Assembly (NCBI GenBank): GCA_039033475.1
Contig: JBCCCO010000004.1
Span: 7,097 to 71,096, forward strand
Reading direction: 5' to 3'
Length of the DNA stretch: 64,000 nt
Origin: Pseudomonadota bacterium
GTDB taxonomy: Bacteria; Pseudomonadota; Alphaproteobacteria; Rhizobiales; CBDHHC01
In this document: positions 49,501-54,351 of the stretch, one piece after another
How the letters are laid out: each line of letters begins with the position of its first letter
Position numbering within the stretch: position 1 is the stretch's first letter
Translations under genes and position numbers: made by a program
The notes under the pieces: generated by a model
Seen by the model: only the letters and a program-made list of their open reading frames with translations
Databases searched by the model: none
Told to the model about the DNA's origin: nothing

Positions 49501-52500
49501 ATCCTCTTGTGGCACAACAAAAGTTTTTGGCCGCCCTGCGAACAGACATGGGTTTTAGCACCACAGAAACCAGCACGCACGATCATGAGTTTTACTTATC
49601 AGGTATTTTGGATCCAAGTGATACTGGAAGCACCCCTCTAACCGATGACGTAATGAATAACAAAGTTTTGCTTGATAGCATTAAAAATACATTCTCTCAA
49701 GTCTCTGAAGAAATGGCTGGTTGGACAGAAAACCCATACGATGGCCCCACGATTGCCGATATTAATGCAGATACCTTGGCTGATGACTATGCGCTCTATG
49801 ACGTGAAATATACCAAAAATGGTGTTGAATATAAGACTGTTGCGACAGAAACAGAAAAGCAAAAACTAATATATTTAGAGAGCGAAGGGGAAGTGACTTT
49901 CAATCCTTCCACAGATTCTAACCAAATCACTGATCCAGCTCGGCTTAAAGTGTTTCACATGATGAAAGGCATCGCTGATTATGAGGCCAACCGTGAAGCA
50001 AATTATGAAGATGGTAATCAGAGTGGCGGAGTATCAGCGGCAACACTGATCACGCAAGATTTTGCAGCGCGGCATTCGTTTTATAATGATGAAAAGACAG
50101 CAGCAGGAGGTGGTGCCACAACAAGCATCTTGTCAGAAACCTTTGATGGACGCAGCTCTGGTATGTACGATAAAGAAGCGGGGGACCTTGCCTATCAGAC
50201 TTTAGGTGTTGATGGAAGCAACTTAGCATCTCTATTCTCCGCCCTTAAAGGAGCGACAGATGTGAGCGGCTCCACCGCGTGGATAGCTAACGATGCCGAA
50301 CTCAAACCTCTGATGTTAGATATCGCCTCAGCCCCGCAGCTTGCCGCTATAAGCGGTAAAGTGCAAGACAGTGCTGGTATTGCCGTATCTGACGAAGAGC
50401 TTTCGCTATTCCTCAAAGAAAAATGGGCAGATCTACAAGATAATCCTTCTGATCCAAGCACATGGACCGATGTTGGTGTTTGGATGAGTTTAGATATGGC
50501 CTATCAGTTAGCAGATGAATATGGCAGCACAGAAAACGCTTTTGAAGCATTGTTGGCCACAGCACCCGGGGCGTCTATGACGCACGTCGGTGAACTCATA
50601 GCAGAGGGCACATATGGCATTGCTACCCCCTACGAATACGACTTCGATATTTTTCAAGATAATACTGATGTCGAAGCAGGAACATATACAACAGTTTTCA
50701 AAGATGACCCAGAAGACAATGTCACCTGGTCTAAATCTGTTGGTCTCACCGCCGGTGAACATGAAGATGCAATTGAGCTATCTGAAAACATTATGGAGAA
50801 GCTTGACACTGAAGGACTAGCCAGCACTGCGGACTATGTTGGTGAGCGCATGAAGGCACTGGAAAATCCTGCTGTTGTGATCCAGGCGTTAGAGCTGCTT
50901 TCCCCTGATATTCAGGGAGATATCCAACTCCAGCGTGATAAGTCTGTGAGTGCTGGAGTTGCTTATCAGAGCACTGAATGGAATAACGCTGTGAACGATT
51001 CGTCAATAACAGCGCAAGTTGATTTTATCAATGTCTTAGCTCCAGATTATGCTGAGAAATTCTTATTTGAAGTGTCCAAAGCTCAAGGGCTGGACCACGC
51101 AAAAGACCTTCTCGGAAATGGTGATAAAGTCGCTGCAGAAAAAACAATTCTCGCTGGAATGGCCGGCGTCTTGCAGCGCAATAAAGACTATGGCCTGCCC
51201 TACAGCGCACCAACAGCACTGAGCGAAGAAGACAGCTTTATCATGGATATTATGCTCAGCTTAAGTGACACTGATCCTGCTAAAGCACAAGAAATAATGA
51301 TAGACGTGGGACTAGCCTCACCGAAGATTGCGGCAGTACTGACTTACATGATCAGTAAATTTGAAGGTGATGGCGAGAGCTTTGATCGCGCTGCAGCTTT
51401 ATTGCAACCAGATGACAGTACCGATGCGACTGCCTCTGAAGTTATCGGAGAAATAGCCCTCAACCTTACAAAGATGGAAGAGGAAAAAAGCCCAGACGGA
51501 CGCCGTTTGATGGAAGGCGGAGAGACAAATAATCAAACCTTTGCAGAGTCGTTTCTTAACGCTGTGTGGGCCAGGTTAGGTCTGAATGGCCCCAATGACG
51601 TGCAAACTATATCCCTTAAAGTTTTGTTATATGCGTCATCTACGGCATCTTTCCTCACACAGGCGAGAAGTAGGGCTGATGTTAACCTATTGTTGGCATC
51701 AAAGCTTTCAACGGATTTTGCCACTAAAATTTTAGCCTCTTGGGATGATGCAGTTGATCTTCATAAAAATGGTTATACAACAGCTGCTGGAACTGCGGTT
51801 GATATTAGTGATCCCAAAAAGATTGCACAAGGAATTGTTGAAGATTTTAATGCAGCAACCTCGGAGACCGAGCAGGATGATGTTATTGCAGGTGTCGCAG
51901 AGTTATTAATGAGAACTAAGAAGTCCGACAAAGTTGGCGCTGTTCTCGGTCACATTAGTGCCCGTGATGCTGAAAACGATACTAAGATTGCTTTTAAGAT
52001 TGTAACCAAAATATCGCAGTTTGCAGATTCTGCTAAAAAGGAAAAAACGTCAGGTATATTGGCACACATAGCAAGTGATGTTATGGATGCTATTATTCTT
52101 AACTTGAATGATCTAATTCCCGCTGATCGTACAACTGTTGCAGACGCTATAGTCCAGTCTACCACCAATTCACTCGCTGTTGGTGCAACTCGTACTTTGT
52201 CATCATTAATTCAGGTCTCGGGGATTGGCACTAGCTATTTTATAGAGCTAGTTGATCCTGTAAATACAGATCGATACCCTATAACAACAGCTAACTACGG
52301 GAACATCGTAGCACGTCTGCCTGTAGAAAATCGAAAAACAATTATGACCAGTCTGTATGATAATCTTGTAACACAGGATTTTGCCTTAAGAGCAATGGCT
52401 GCAATGCCTGCAGAGACCTTGGTGCAAATGCTACTATCAATTAAGTTGGATGATCCTTATAAAGCAAAAATGATGCTGAATAAGATGCTCGAATTAGAGT

Positions 52501-53876
52501 TTAATCTGCGCAGAACAGGTATGACTGAGGTGCTAGACCTTTTACATCAACAAGATCCTGATTACCTGTTTGACGCAATATTTATTCTTCCATTTGCAAG
52601 TATATCATTTACTCTGAATTCTGTTTCTGATGAGACCTTCACACAAATCATAAAGGGTTTTCATGTAGATTCCCCTCAAAATGCTGCAATTATATTTAAT
52701 GGGATGCAGAATAAAGCCGTAAGATTTTCTAGACTTTACAGGTTGGATCAGACCTTTGCTCTAATTTTACTTGAAACTCTTTACGCTAAACAAGATGTCA
52801 ACGGGGTCGACGAATTTGCGCTCTTTGTTCAGAGCTTACTTGGTAGCAATGACGATTTGCTGAACTTCAGTGAAATAGTAGAAATACAAGAGGTGTTGCA
52901 TCAAAATGATACAGGTGCTGATTTGGTCTTTTTCTCAAGCTTATTATTATCTTCTACTATGGGACGAGTTAAAAATGCTTCTGAGTATTTTAAGTCATTC
53001 ATTCAAAAGCCGGATATGGCCAAAGAACTTTTTATTGAAGCAAGTTTATCCGACAACAAATCTATGGCTAGTCGTTTTATAGCGAGTGTGCACACCAGTA
53101 CAGACCAGGAAGTCAAAAATCAACTATATACCTTTATGGCTGATTTATATTCACTTAGTCCTAATGTATTTGCGCAAAATCTAACCTTGTTGCTTCCGGA
53201 AATAGGCTCTTCGCCTTCTAAGTACCTGATGTTGTTGCGTACAGCACGAGCTGGTGGGCACAACCTTTTCGATATGTTAAAAAGCTTAGTTGATATGCCA
53301 AACTTTACAATACCTGTAATGGGTAGTCCTCTTACGTTTAACGGCGCGTTTGTGGCTTTTGAAATGTTTGATTTCCTGGGCAAGGAAATATCATCACAAT
53401 TTTATGACACATTAAGTGATGTGCAAAAAAGTAAGATAGATAATTATATTGATAATCCTGATACTTATTTCGATCATGATGATACCGGTATTTTAGGTTA
53501 TGATAGCAAATTGACTGCAGGTCTATCGCTGGCAGATAATGATATACTTTTCTCGCCAGAGCTTCAGGCTTCATTTGGGTTTGTTGAGAGCTATAGATCA
53601 AATGGCTATGACTTAGTTATTCTTAAGCCGGGCCCACAAAAGTTTGATATTAAGGATATCAATAATAATACAATTAAAGTTGCACAGGGATCAGAATTTA
53701 AAATTGCTTTTAATGGAAGACTTGTTGTAGTTGAGCCTGATGGTAAGATCCATTTCATCACAAAAGCCTTAGAACCTGGAACGTTTAATCCTGAAGATCT
53801 GCGAGTTGTCCTAACAGAAGTGGGCAATTTGATATTTTTTGATGACAGCACAAACAGAGTGTTGGAAATTATGTAA
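34581..53876 (+). CDS. Giant 6,431-aa acidic protein of unknown function (mosaic of lectin-like beta modules, hydrophobic Gly/Ala-rich segments and helical repeats)
   Basis: A single frame stays open for 19,296 nt. ATG is preceded by AGGAAATACA. Every ORF in the other five frames inside it is under 135 aa. Residue composition and repeat structure look protein-like throughout. Confidence 0.95.
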   Translation: MAYDIDTSYTLDPSFLKGSSATEFQDTISDESLFLDALRQTFGDGISETKAEGIRQKLMDWLKGNDADALPEMVFVKESALPQGVYAGYFAGNQQDPTAKFFISEALMDGVEGDIELTDVLIEEIGHYLDAELNDVDTKGDEGAKWRAVVTNDDNALANLNPDEIDTVSIDYKGKTYEIEAFSDKAVFDTLIGDKTKQSGLVLNKDISLSADKYLAVDDIGRSDPEGRVILTAVKMNDKFSLVILNRHTQQFFNIDLSVSISDPGDSSISKLSDILILDSNGALSVRDGYHLDFKEGGKVTVYNNTSGAAIWKNYTHTTKGLFANYSSVTGTTIDSSSILEKTQKLQNVHNDLTVLFDTDSEKYEVYVFNTLENTGAFVDTSSAQDFLAVHEDGSLVMLADYQLELTQIGDIIITDKNDGSRVWMYDRSANEIHHNYSDDTTYDILVNGGTDTRPGYTPAIPYMQPIREFVSTLDTFNALFGVPDVKSNLHYGDVLDHTQVIKNGNLVFGAVQHLGSYNTSDDTARYDLVVYNEATGGIQIINENDSPFGEFITFDSQTGKLSVTEEHYALTLDGTNPDSPLSIDNLTLQSFFGNKQLLTIDSTSSAKDTLEGGESLDNDHYMKIAGSTPDDGNLYFGLVLGEWVVFNDKTNQFVSVDFHTYDTHGDKTDELVDGITIDNGALIVGSDYRLEFEEGGALKLEQKSSNTNNYNETWSFQTQQKTFFSDYQVVDSLDPSILHKNMTLSGADKQMLRAEGQDAAGNAQSAILTTVYNTNSGTYEVYVLNEQTQTGTFIDLSLAVHAGYLEIDSDGLITMDSKYGLTLHQDGRVEITNDHPFWSFDPSTQVITTYDYVLNNNFDTPNSLDPVLGDIPYSPHFPPIRGLASTADILKLFTEGRNAHSPKSDYLRHGETLSSAEYMRDGNIYLAAIDVSDSRSSSSYELIMYNADTGESDTVDVAQYPELNFDRAHGTLTLNEERRALRLDENASQKKLYATGYQVDGTVPDDGLFFFGSKKTTIEQAEEQGIDFKVASGEFVNRYFIDSKFNDGDGFTSEFVMVANPDGHEEHDKSVSFASLKINGKDSFIIQNDTTNEFVVVDFAGSEGLIFTDTDGDGGNDAISVQDGYRLVFETGGALVVQKDDGNGNFETKWSFELNDFEALMDNRSTHNSSGAFGVLASEDTLSQSEKLLGYIGSTSNIAEAAVFFNTEVNANLLYVFDYDAHSGNFVDLSSATDYVTISDSGNMTMESGYSLELTNEGDVNIKDASDAVVWSYDNESKTIWGGTSGGTDGAPVDNPYTFYEADETPPIRGLFSPSDTMDFLFGAEPKVHEPVANALAYGETLEAGTVLKDEDVVVGSMLYTDEEGNQKYILGMYDENGQFNLLDPTSDFYGGNLLFDETTGALSIANEGYVLRIDADNDFIYVTSDVVNHALNGDTLEEWQEDALIESTTAVWEAMLTSAGGVLPKWTQKQLMTFVYHATMLGQDATTEYTWDQFFKHNEALFNDPSIINNISAPDFVKLVQDGTILLDVFGISSTDTQKIEQFQNVINISSLLSYSLNESHKRAFSAQSGTDIIDSAGNKLATQDMVLPYNRDGTLGINEAQVNFVNALGYDIDFLNQPTDYLANRVEIGDTFTRTDGVEITVENEDQAKTINTRNFEYFLTALESGDILDGKVKQDSLRKHSFTQTLMSTAREANDIMVAENNPYWNRVDLDSADVDTDARFKVSYTVVGQDGADDKVIKDKYVTQEQMDFLEERQGKKEITGLTDRENAHITDRVLLQTIKAIETLADYDALRTQQLDPETGKIKGAPAIVMWAQAFSNHHKTLVEGTDDVGSALTEKDFDYTKWNAKKAKYVTHNHHGTHFERLFGGHIDAGFAQSDITGKAFTNREAIDYFFNEMGIEDPGMLSTSVTTSFSDMLLLAINEVPPVTDMVTSSMYFGANYPLQLDWDTLNTNVPNGHFWWHQDSMGGTLYNKDGDYLEDYEKAQGVRDIIKGWIGDRAAYANRDLDLVEYLSHKSISHQRYVETKALWTEIEIEILIDFGAAIIGAGVGWAVGALIGAVAAALTTEVAAEGASDVASQGVVRGTAYGGGEVEMSNLAERTALVGQEQLEGSFEVEGGFDEVPLDDIDDAAQPLNGASPAAREAATKSAVGYALNILSPATVAGTEAVAYGTDIATNINDIFAPDADLDYVTAYGYELGNDNYTGTDFEIYKAVDGEPLEEIKSYDGAQYSSGTTSLRDNVSAVNKAIPVLDKYAEAVGDDPANPDFTSVIDTLLNEAKDAEGNVDPEMLQLIISYMPTYYEFDDAGNTISKNPKVDIVATLYQYDIANTVGQEKFDAVISSPATADNGPVLHALSLPSTQYSFLEQTYNANGGADIADILNDPSVTSDDIVNILTYYIDNKSEYTGYSTGDPVDYPEGQPTPWIIDSLVALNEVNEDKVHDVFAILANGDDAAIRVGALVSNEIQYLTTPSDPNAPDNSELTLSMLHGASFSPKNTDASGNSMGMASMYSIIAELDTLIPPPEVQERRRTQGGLVTAAGVGFALAALSQFILGAGALSYAPSTPAGIRPRTAEGDVAGLLTRNRAEQGGISLDNGDNYDDDVEALDATQEQKDRVRAEMADPAARSEYSSDPNLGIDSFKINGLKTNAAKIIDYADNHIYTGSDVPPRWTSAHKTYQDIFLGIDDTPLDNPDQDVYTQKVGLTLNEVANQGRADIVAKIFIDVIRDFSNNRDSVVEWMGYMSPANVGDTLAIYDTLEKPAGWTDNNQSLGLISTFMDKNPDQGAISASAYYQFADISAQNFLTFLESFTDTTGQDSSVTLSANDKIRKILTSGTPEDAAYFIKAFGIDAADSRGSIIFLAIEDAGQQSMILNSMSYEDAATLSGYLDTTEDGVADDKFLETTAGLDPSVFADMTLTKIDQSDTTFMQNLNKVDSLVLAEAVNTVDNDSKFRILSAMLKNSAGDDGVKDSVPTLEAINSLNPVDSADLFALWGQMNGTEAAELFIDNAYVLASKYLENSGIDVTDPTNIAPEDQAEAYDAAIDYSVMTLETMKEGDAPEFFDHIHDYSSKMSHTYMDAMVKDDTGFALYTFGGLADASAPDALSNTQSAFLLSANSETAGKLIENMYTVDDQGAIDYTKANTALTQLATQDASLTASIVDDMDPAKALKIWRNGATDGTFAGSFFKTVWSSGSLNDLGKVSLWYAMNSDERQEIYSDGTASTPFDTKYFANTAIADKTSNVAAIAPENLAPFGEEADGKTANAQVLTVGTFLEGALSKLETITDPNILTIQSKFSYQDLLDAFPDSDITPDDYVAYIEGTFLPTVEAAMEKMGRPANEIDAALDVVRKAATLATSEPSLLDHNLSFTIDLDDPMAYDDASSSWVDDGITETKAFHYVNYVSSPDEATTAPAAGAEPTFYQSTPVLSSEEIIRHSNTIKSGGGLPQIVGASGLDAPMAVLTDADRLELAELPDNPETRATVVGGANELELFDPASHFHVTLDGTISNTTTQSLTDAATDQSVKETTVFTLGDNFVWSSFADDAAATQSFETDLKAQVIEYLTPLGFTESEIENFFWALLNAAQNSPDQKISMVVRQGKVLAQDWYDSDGMIKSDKAHLVQYQNGTEQTSLISFIAFSDDFDGSKVGWDGQNADDINVNETQQVNTALYNGTFFTGAQLQGIRDDFPGDASDGSNSFVFTASDIDTLPAYVTNNNTANVEWIDSIAENSSRSEAIQNIASSLGSYANIFLQALKTNTLQGAYGAALSFMDGDISGIMQTTLDLAGIGDGSDGDLREHDIYDVASDDTAWTYFLLTAFAKDKDQLDTAFKNNDTLTVADIGTTFEVSELFSHSTMEQLRDGLLQVKQDKIAAGGRRAQVVEARELLDGFVNATANITDLNATDSPTGAPTTLPPTQLPTAAPSANIPKGGRGPSVDIAKILSKTIPTTGMEWFDLARKAIGVGSTLMAVGLPSAHQNIPQPGDNSFLLRQIFGNKFTAKSTEFNGLVWVDRGVMTNPDTGEEVYRIELGYRNTDLAFLAGVGREYLPKSIANFFRLDENPFNQNQDNKSPPAKTFAGNVFNPILFDVTHITARIDIDLKTGTPVVVGGGATFGSYVGNSAFQAVAGTENRPAAGEKTLLTGTLNGFSQSTKPLSAAGLAAVTLYAIGSRAVRPSVTGIMQARGLRPDNTKDIQGQNVPGSFVHHSVREVLSFGGRQAAWMLPMYLTGGKMDIGSLAFTGGIVPSAIGAAKYASTGTLSQSLGALGRNLAGGVLNFPPVATAATPVYDLGAWVSDVFNEFTVLNVDFGMGTGVAPDQQGAQEEPREVELIRTYSRDSFFSDTTDGTYVPPWQAEDEEPEDMFAALGGQAPLNPLGAGARVLSAIQAADENGDIGDIRMEVEDPETGESRFIQFIKRHGNIFDKSQWFAFANIGEPKTIYEPEGFNFFNDVKGDNDGRFLTSLSMEDSNEFLQFKARLGDLERELINPDTGEKGLHLDNNRWYGLVDDPMTALKTLETYKLDIDGDGKKELVFGDLDGDGQDGHISNPLAAVESLENSQYLADNYPDMDKDFDGDGTVGTATNLKPEMFPPTGADSTTKIERLVPSLESVFDNRKIEPGTFNLIENEIPNALEPSDKIRATTSANNTLEMGAVFFQNSWKFIAKDDTGKIWDLTSDLLSEPNLHFDTETGILMSDPTAGPLTSLALAYNSANDSLELEVLGTTVNLFTFDDTTAIGKGALFDFTSDTAHTPDPQILMAGEKLRPGEYLQAKDGGAYSLHSARVAGEYRLLIIESDTQRIWGDVTDSAYYFDKRTGILAVPSYSNREYTLSQDGELFLHKTGEVPDGGFARYEEPYEGTAQTQKAMVQWQNLNQTYDEDIPSLEAKQVFDLLYGFELDSYAIITEGTWQTLFSSNFDETGQFIGSETGELDFSMFGDDRKAQVKDAVEVGAIMFHSMQKHVEGTDEADNALFLPDDPLVAQQKFLAALRTDMGFSTTETSTHDHEFYLSGILDPSDTGSTPLTDDVMNNKVLLDSIKNTFSQVSEEMAGWTENPYDGPTIADINADTLADDYALYDVKYTKNGVEYKTVATETEKQKLIYLESEGEVTFNPSTDSNQITDPARLKVFHMMKGIADYEANREANYEDGNQSGGVSAATLITQDFAARHSFYNDEKTAAGGGATTSILSETFDGRSSGMYDKEAGDLAYQTLGVDGSNLASLFSALKGATDVSGSTAWIANDAELKPLMLDIASAPQLAAISGKVQDSAGIAVSDEELSLFLKEKWADLQDNPSDPSTWTDVGVWMSLDMAYQLADEYGSTENAFEALLATAPGASMTHVGELIAEGTYGIATPYEYDFDIFQDNTDVEAGTYTTVFKDDPEDNVTWSKSVGLTAGEHEDAIELSENIMEKLDTEGLASTADYVGERMKALENPAVVIQALELLSPDIQGDIQLQRDKSVSAGVAYQSTEWNNAVNDSSITAQVDFINVLAPDYAEKFLFEVSKAQGLDHAKDLLGNGDKVAAEKTILAGMAGVLQRNKDYGLPYSAPTALSEEDSFIMDIMLSLSDTDPAKAQEIMIDVGLASPKIAAVLTYMISKFEGDGESFDRAAALLQPDDSTDATASEVIGEIALNLTKMEEEKSPDGRRLMEGGETNNQTFAESFLNAVWARLGLNGPNDVQTISLKVLLYASSTASFLTQARSRADVNLLLASKLSTDFATKILASWDDAVDLHKNGYTTAAGTAVDISDPKKIAQGIVEDFNAATSETEQDDVIAGVAELLMRTKKSDKVGAVLGHISARDAENDTKIAFKIVTKISQFADSAKKEKTSGILAHIASDVMDAIILNLNDLIPADRTTVADAIVQSTTNSLAVGATRTLSSLIQVSGIGTSYFIELVDPVNTDRYPITTANYGNIVARLPVENRKTIMTSLYDNLVTQDFALRAMAAMPAETLVQMLLSIKLDDPYKAKMMLNKMLELEFNLRRTGMTEVLDLLHQQDPDYLFDAIFILPFASISFTLNSVSDETFTQIIKGFHVDSPQNAAIIFNGMQNKAVRFSRLYRLDQTFALILLETLYAKQDVNGVDEFALFVQSLLGSNDDLLNFSEIVEIQEVLHQNDTGADLVFFSSLLLSSTMGRVKNASEYFKSFIQKPDMAKELFIEASLSDNKSMASRFIASVHTSTDQEVKNQLYTFMADLYSLSPNVFAQNLTLLLPEIGSSPSKYLMLLRTARAGGHNLFDMLKSLVDMPNFTIPVMGSPLTFNGAFVAFEMFDFLGKEISSQFYDTLSDVQKSKIDNYIDNPDTYFDHDDTGILGYDSKLTAGLSLADNDILFSPELQASFGFVESYRSNGYDLVILKPGPQKFDIKDINNNTIKVAQGSEFKIAFNGRLVVVEPDGKIHFITKALEPGTFNPEDLRVVLTEVGNLIFFDDSTNRVLEIM
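35178..38855 (+). repeat. Threefold ~400-440-aa protein-level super-repeat within the giant ORF (about aa 200-1425)
   Basis: Anchors recur with a 402-441 aa period. These are FSLVILNRHTQQFFNIDL / GEWVVFNDKTNQFVSVDF / DSFIIQNDTTNEFVVVDF; YEVYVFNTLENTGAFVD / YEVYVLNEQTQTGTFID / LLYVFDYDAHSGNFVD; QPIREFVSTLDTFNALFG / PPIRGLASTADILKLFTEG / PPIRGLFSPSDTMDFLFGA; and YDLVVYNEATGG / YELIMYNADTGE / YILGMYDENGQ. Confidence 0.8.
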
Positions 53877-53909
53877 ACGTTTGAACTTATGTTACTTTAG
53901 CACAAGATT

Positions 53910-53960
53910 GCCATCTCTTGGGGTATTGCTATATTATCTCAAAGATGGGCTTTGTTTTTG
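53910..53960 (+). terminator. Possible weak intrinsic terminator after the giant gene
   Basis: An imperfect hairpin (GCCATCT ... AGATGGGC, long loop) followed by TTTGTTTTT, 35 nt after the stop. The stem is short and bulged. Confidence 0.35.
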
Positions 53961-54351
53961 ACGTTCTCACATGATATTTACTCTGAGTTGCTGCTCGCAG
54001 AAACATTTCAACTCTTCCAAAAATTATCAAAATGTTAAGACTAGAGAATTATTCTTTTTCTGGAAATATTTGTTTACTGTATTCTTATGGTTAATCCGTT
54101 ATTAATTTTGCCATGAAAATGTTCAACAAATCCTAAGTTCTGAACGCATATCTAAAGTTTTATGGGGGTTGATAGGCGTTTATGGAAAAATATATAGTAT
54201 GTAGAGGGCTATTTTTGTTTTGAGAGGCTCTTGTCCTGATTTGATGTAAACCGGTAAGTATACAGAAAGTTTGGTTTGTATCAGGGTCCGTTATAGAGTA
54301 GACAAATTCCTCGGCTATAGTTTTGCTAAGGTGGGCGTAGTGAAAAAAATT

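Noticed and set aside
34581-53876. About 45 ORFs of 60-133 aa from the six-frame track lying inside the giant gene, on either strand (e.g. 35108..35404, 37389..37784, 37915..38316, 39654..40055)
   Set aside because: All are shadow ORFs within a 19.3-kb continuously open frame. They have odd compositions (Cys/His/Leu-rich, low complexity) and no independent start context.
34581-53876. Giant protein as a conventional RTX/MARTX toxin or LapA-type adhesin
   Set aside because: I found no arrays of GGxGxDxUx nonapeptides (only isolated DGDG loops) and no LapA-like N-terminal retention module. No LapG/LapD genes and no long field of short identical repeats are present either.
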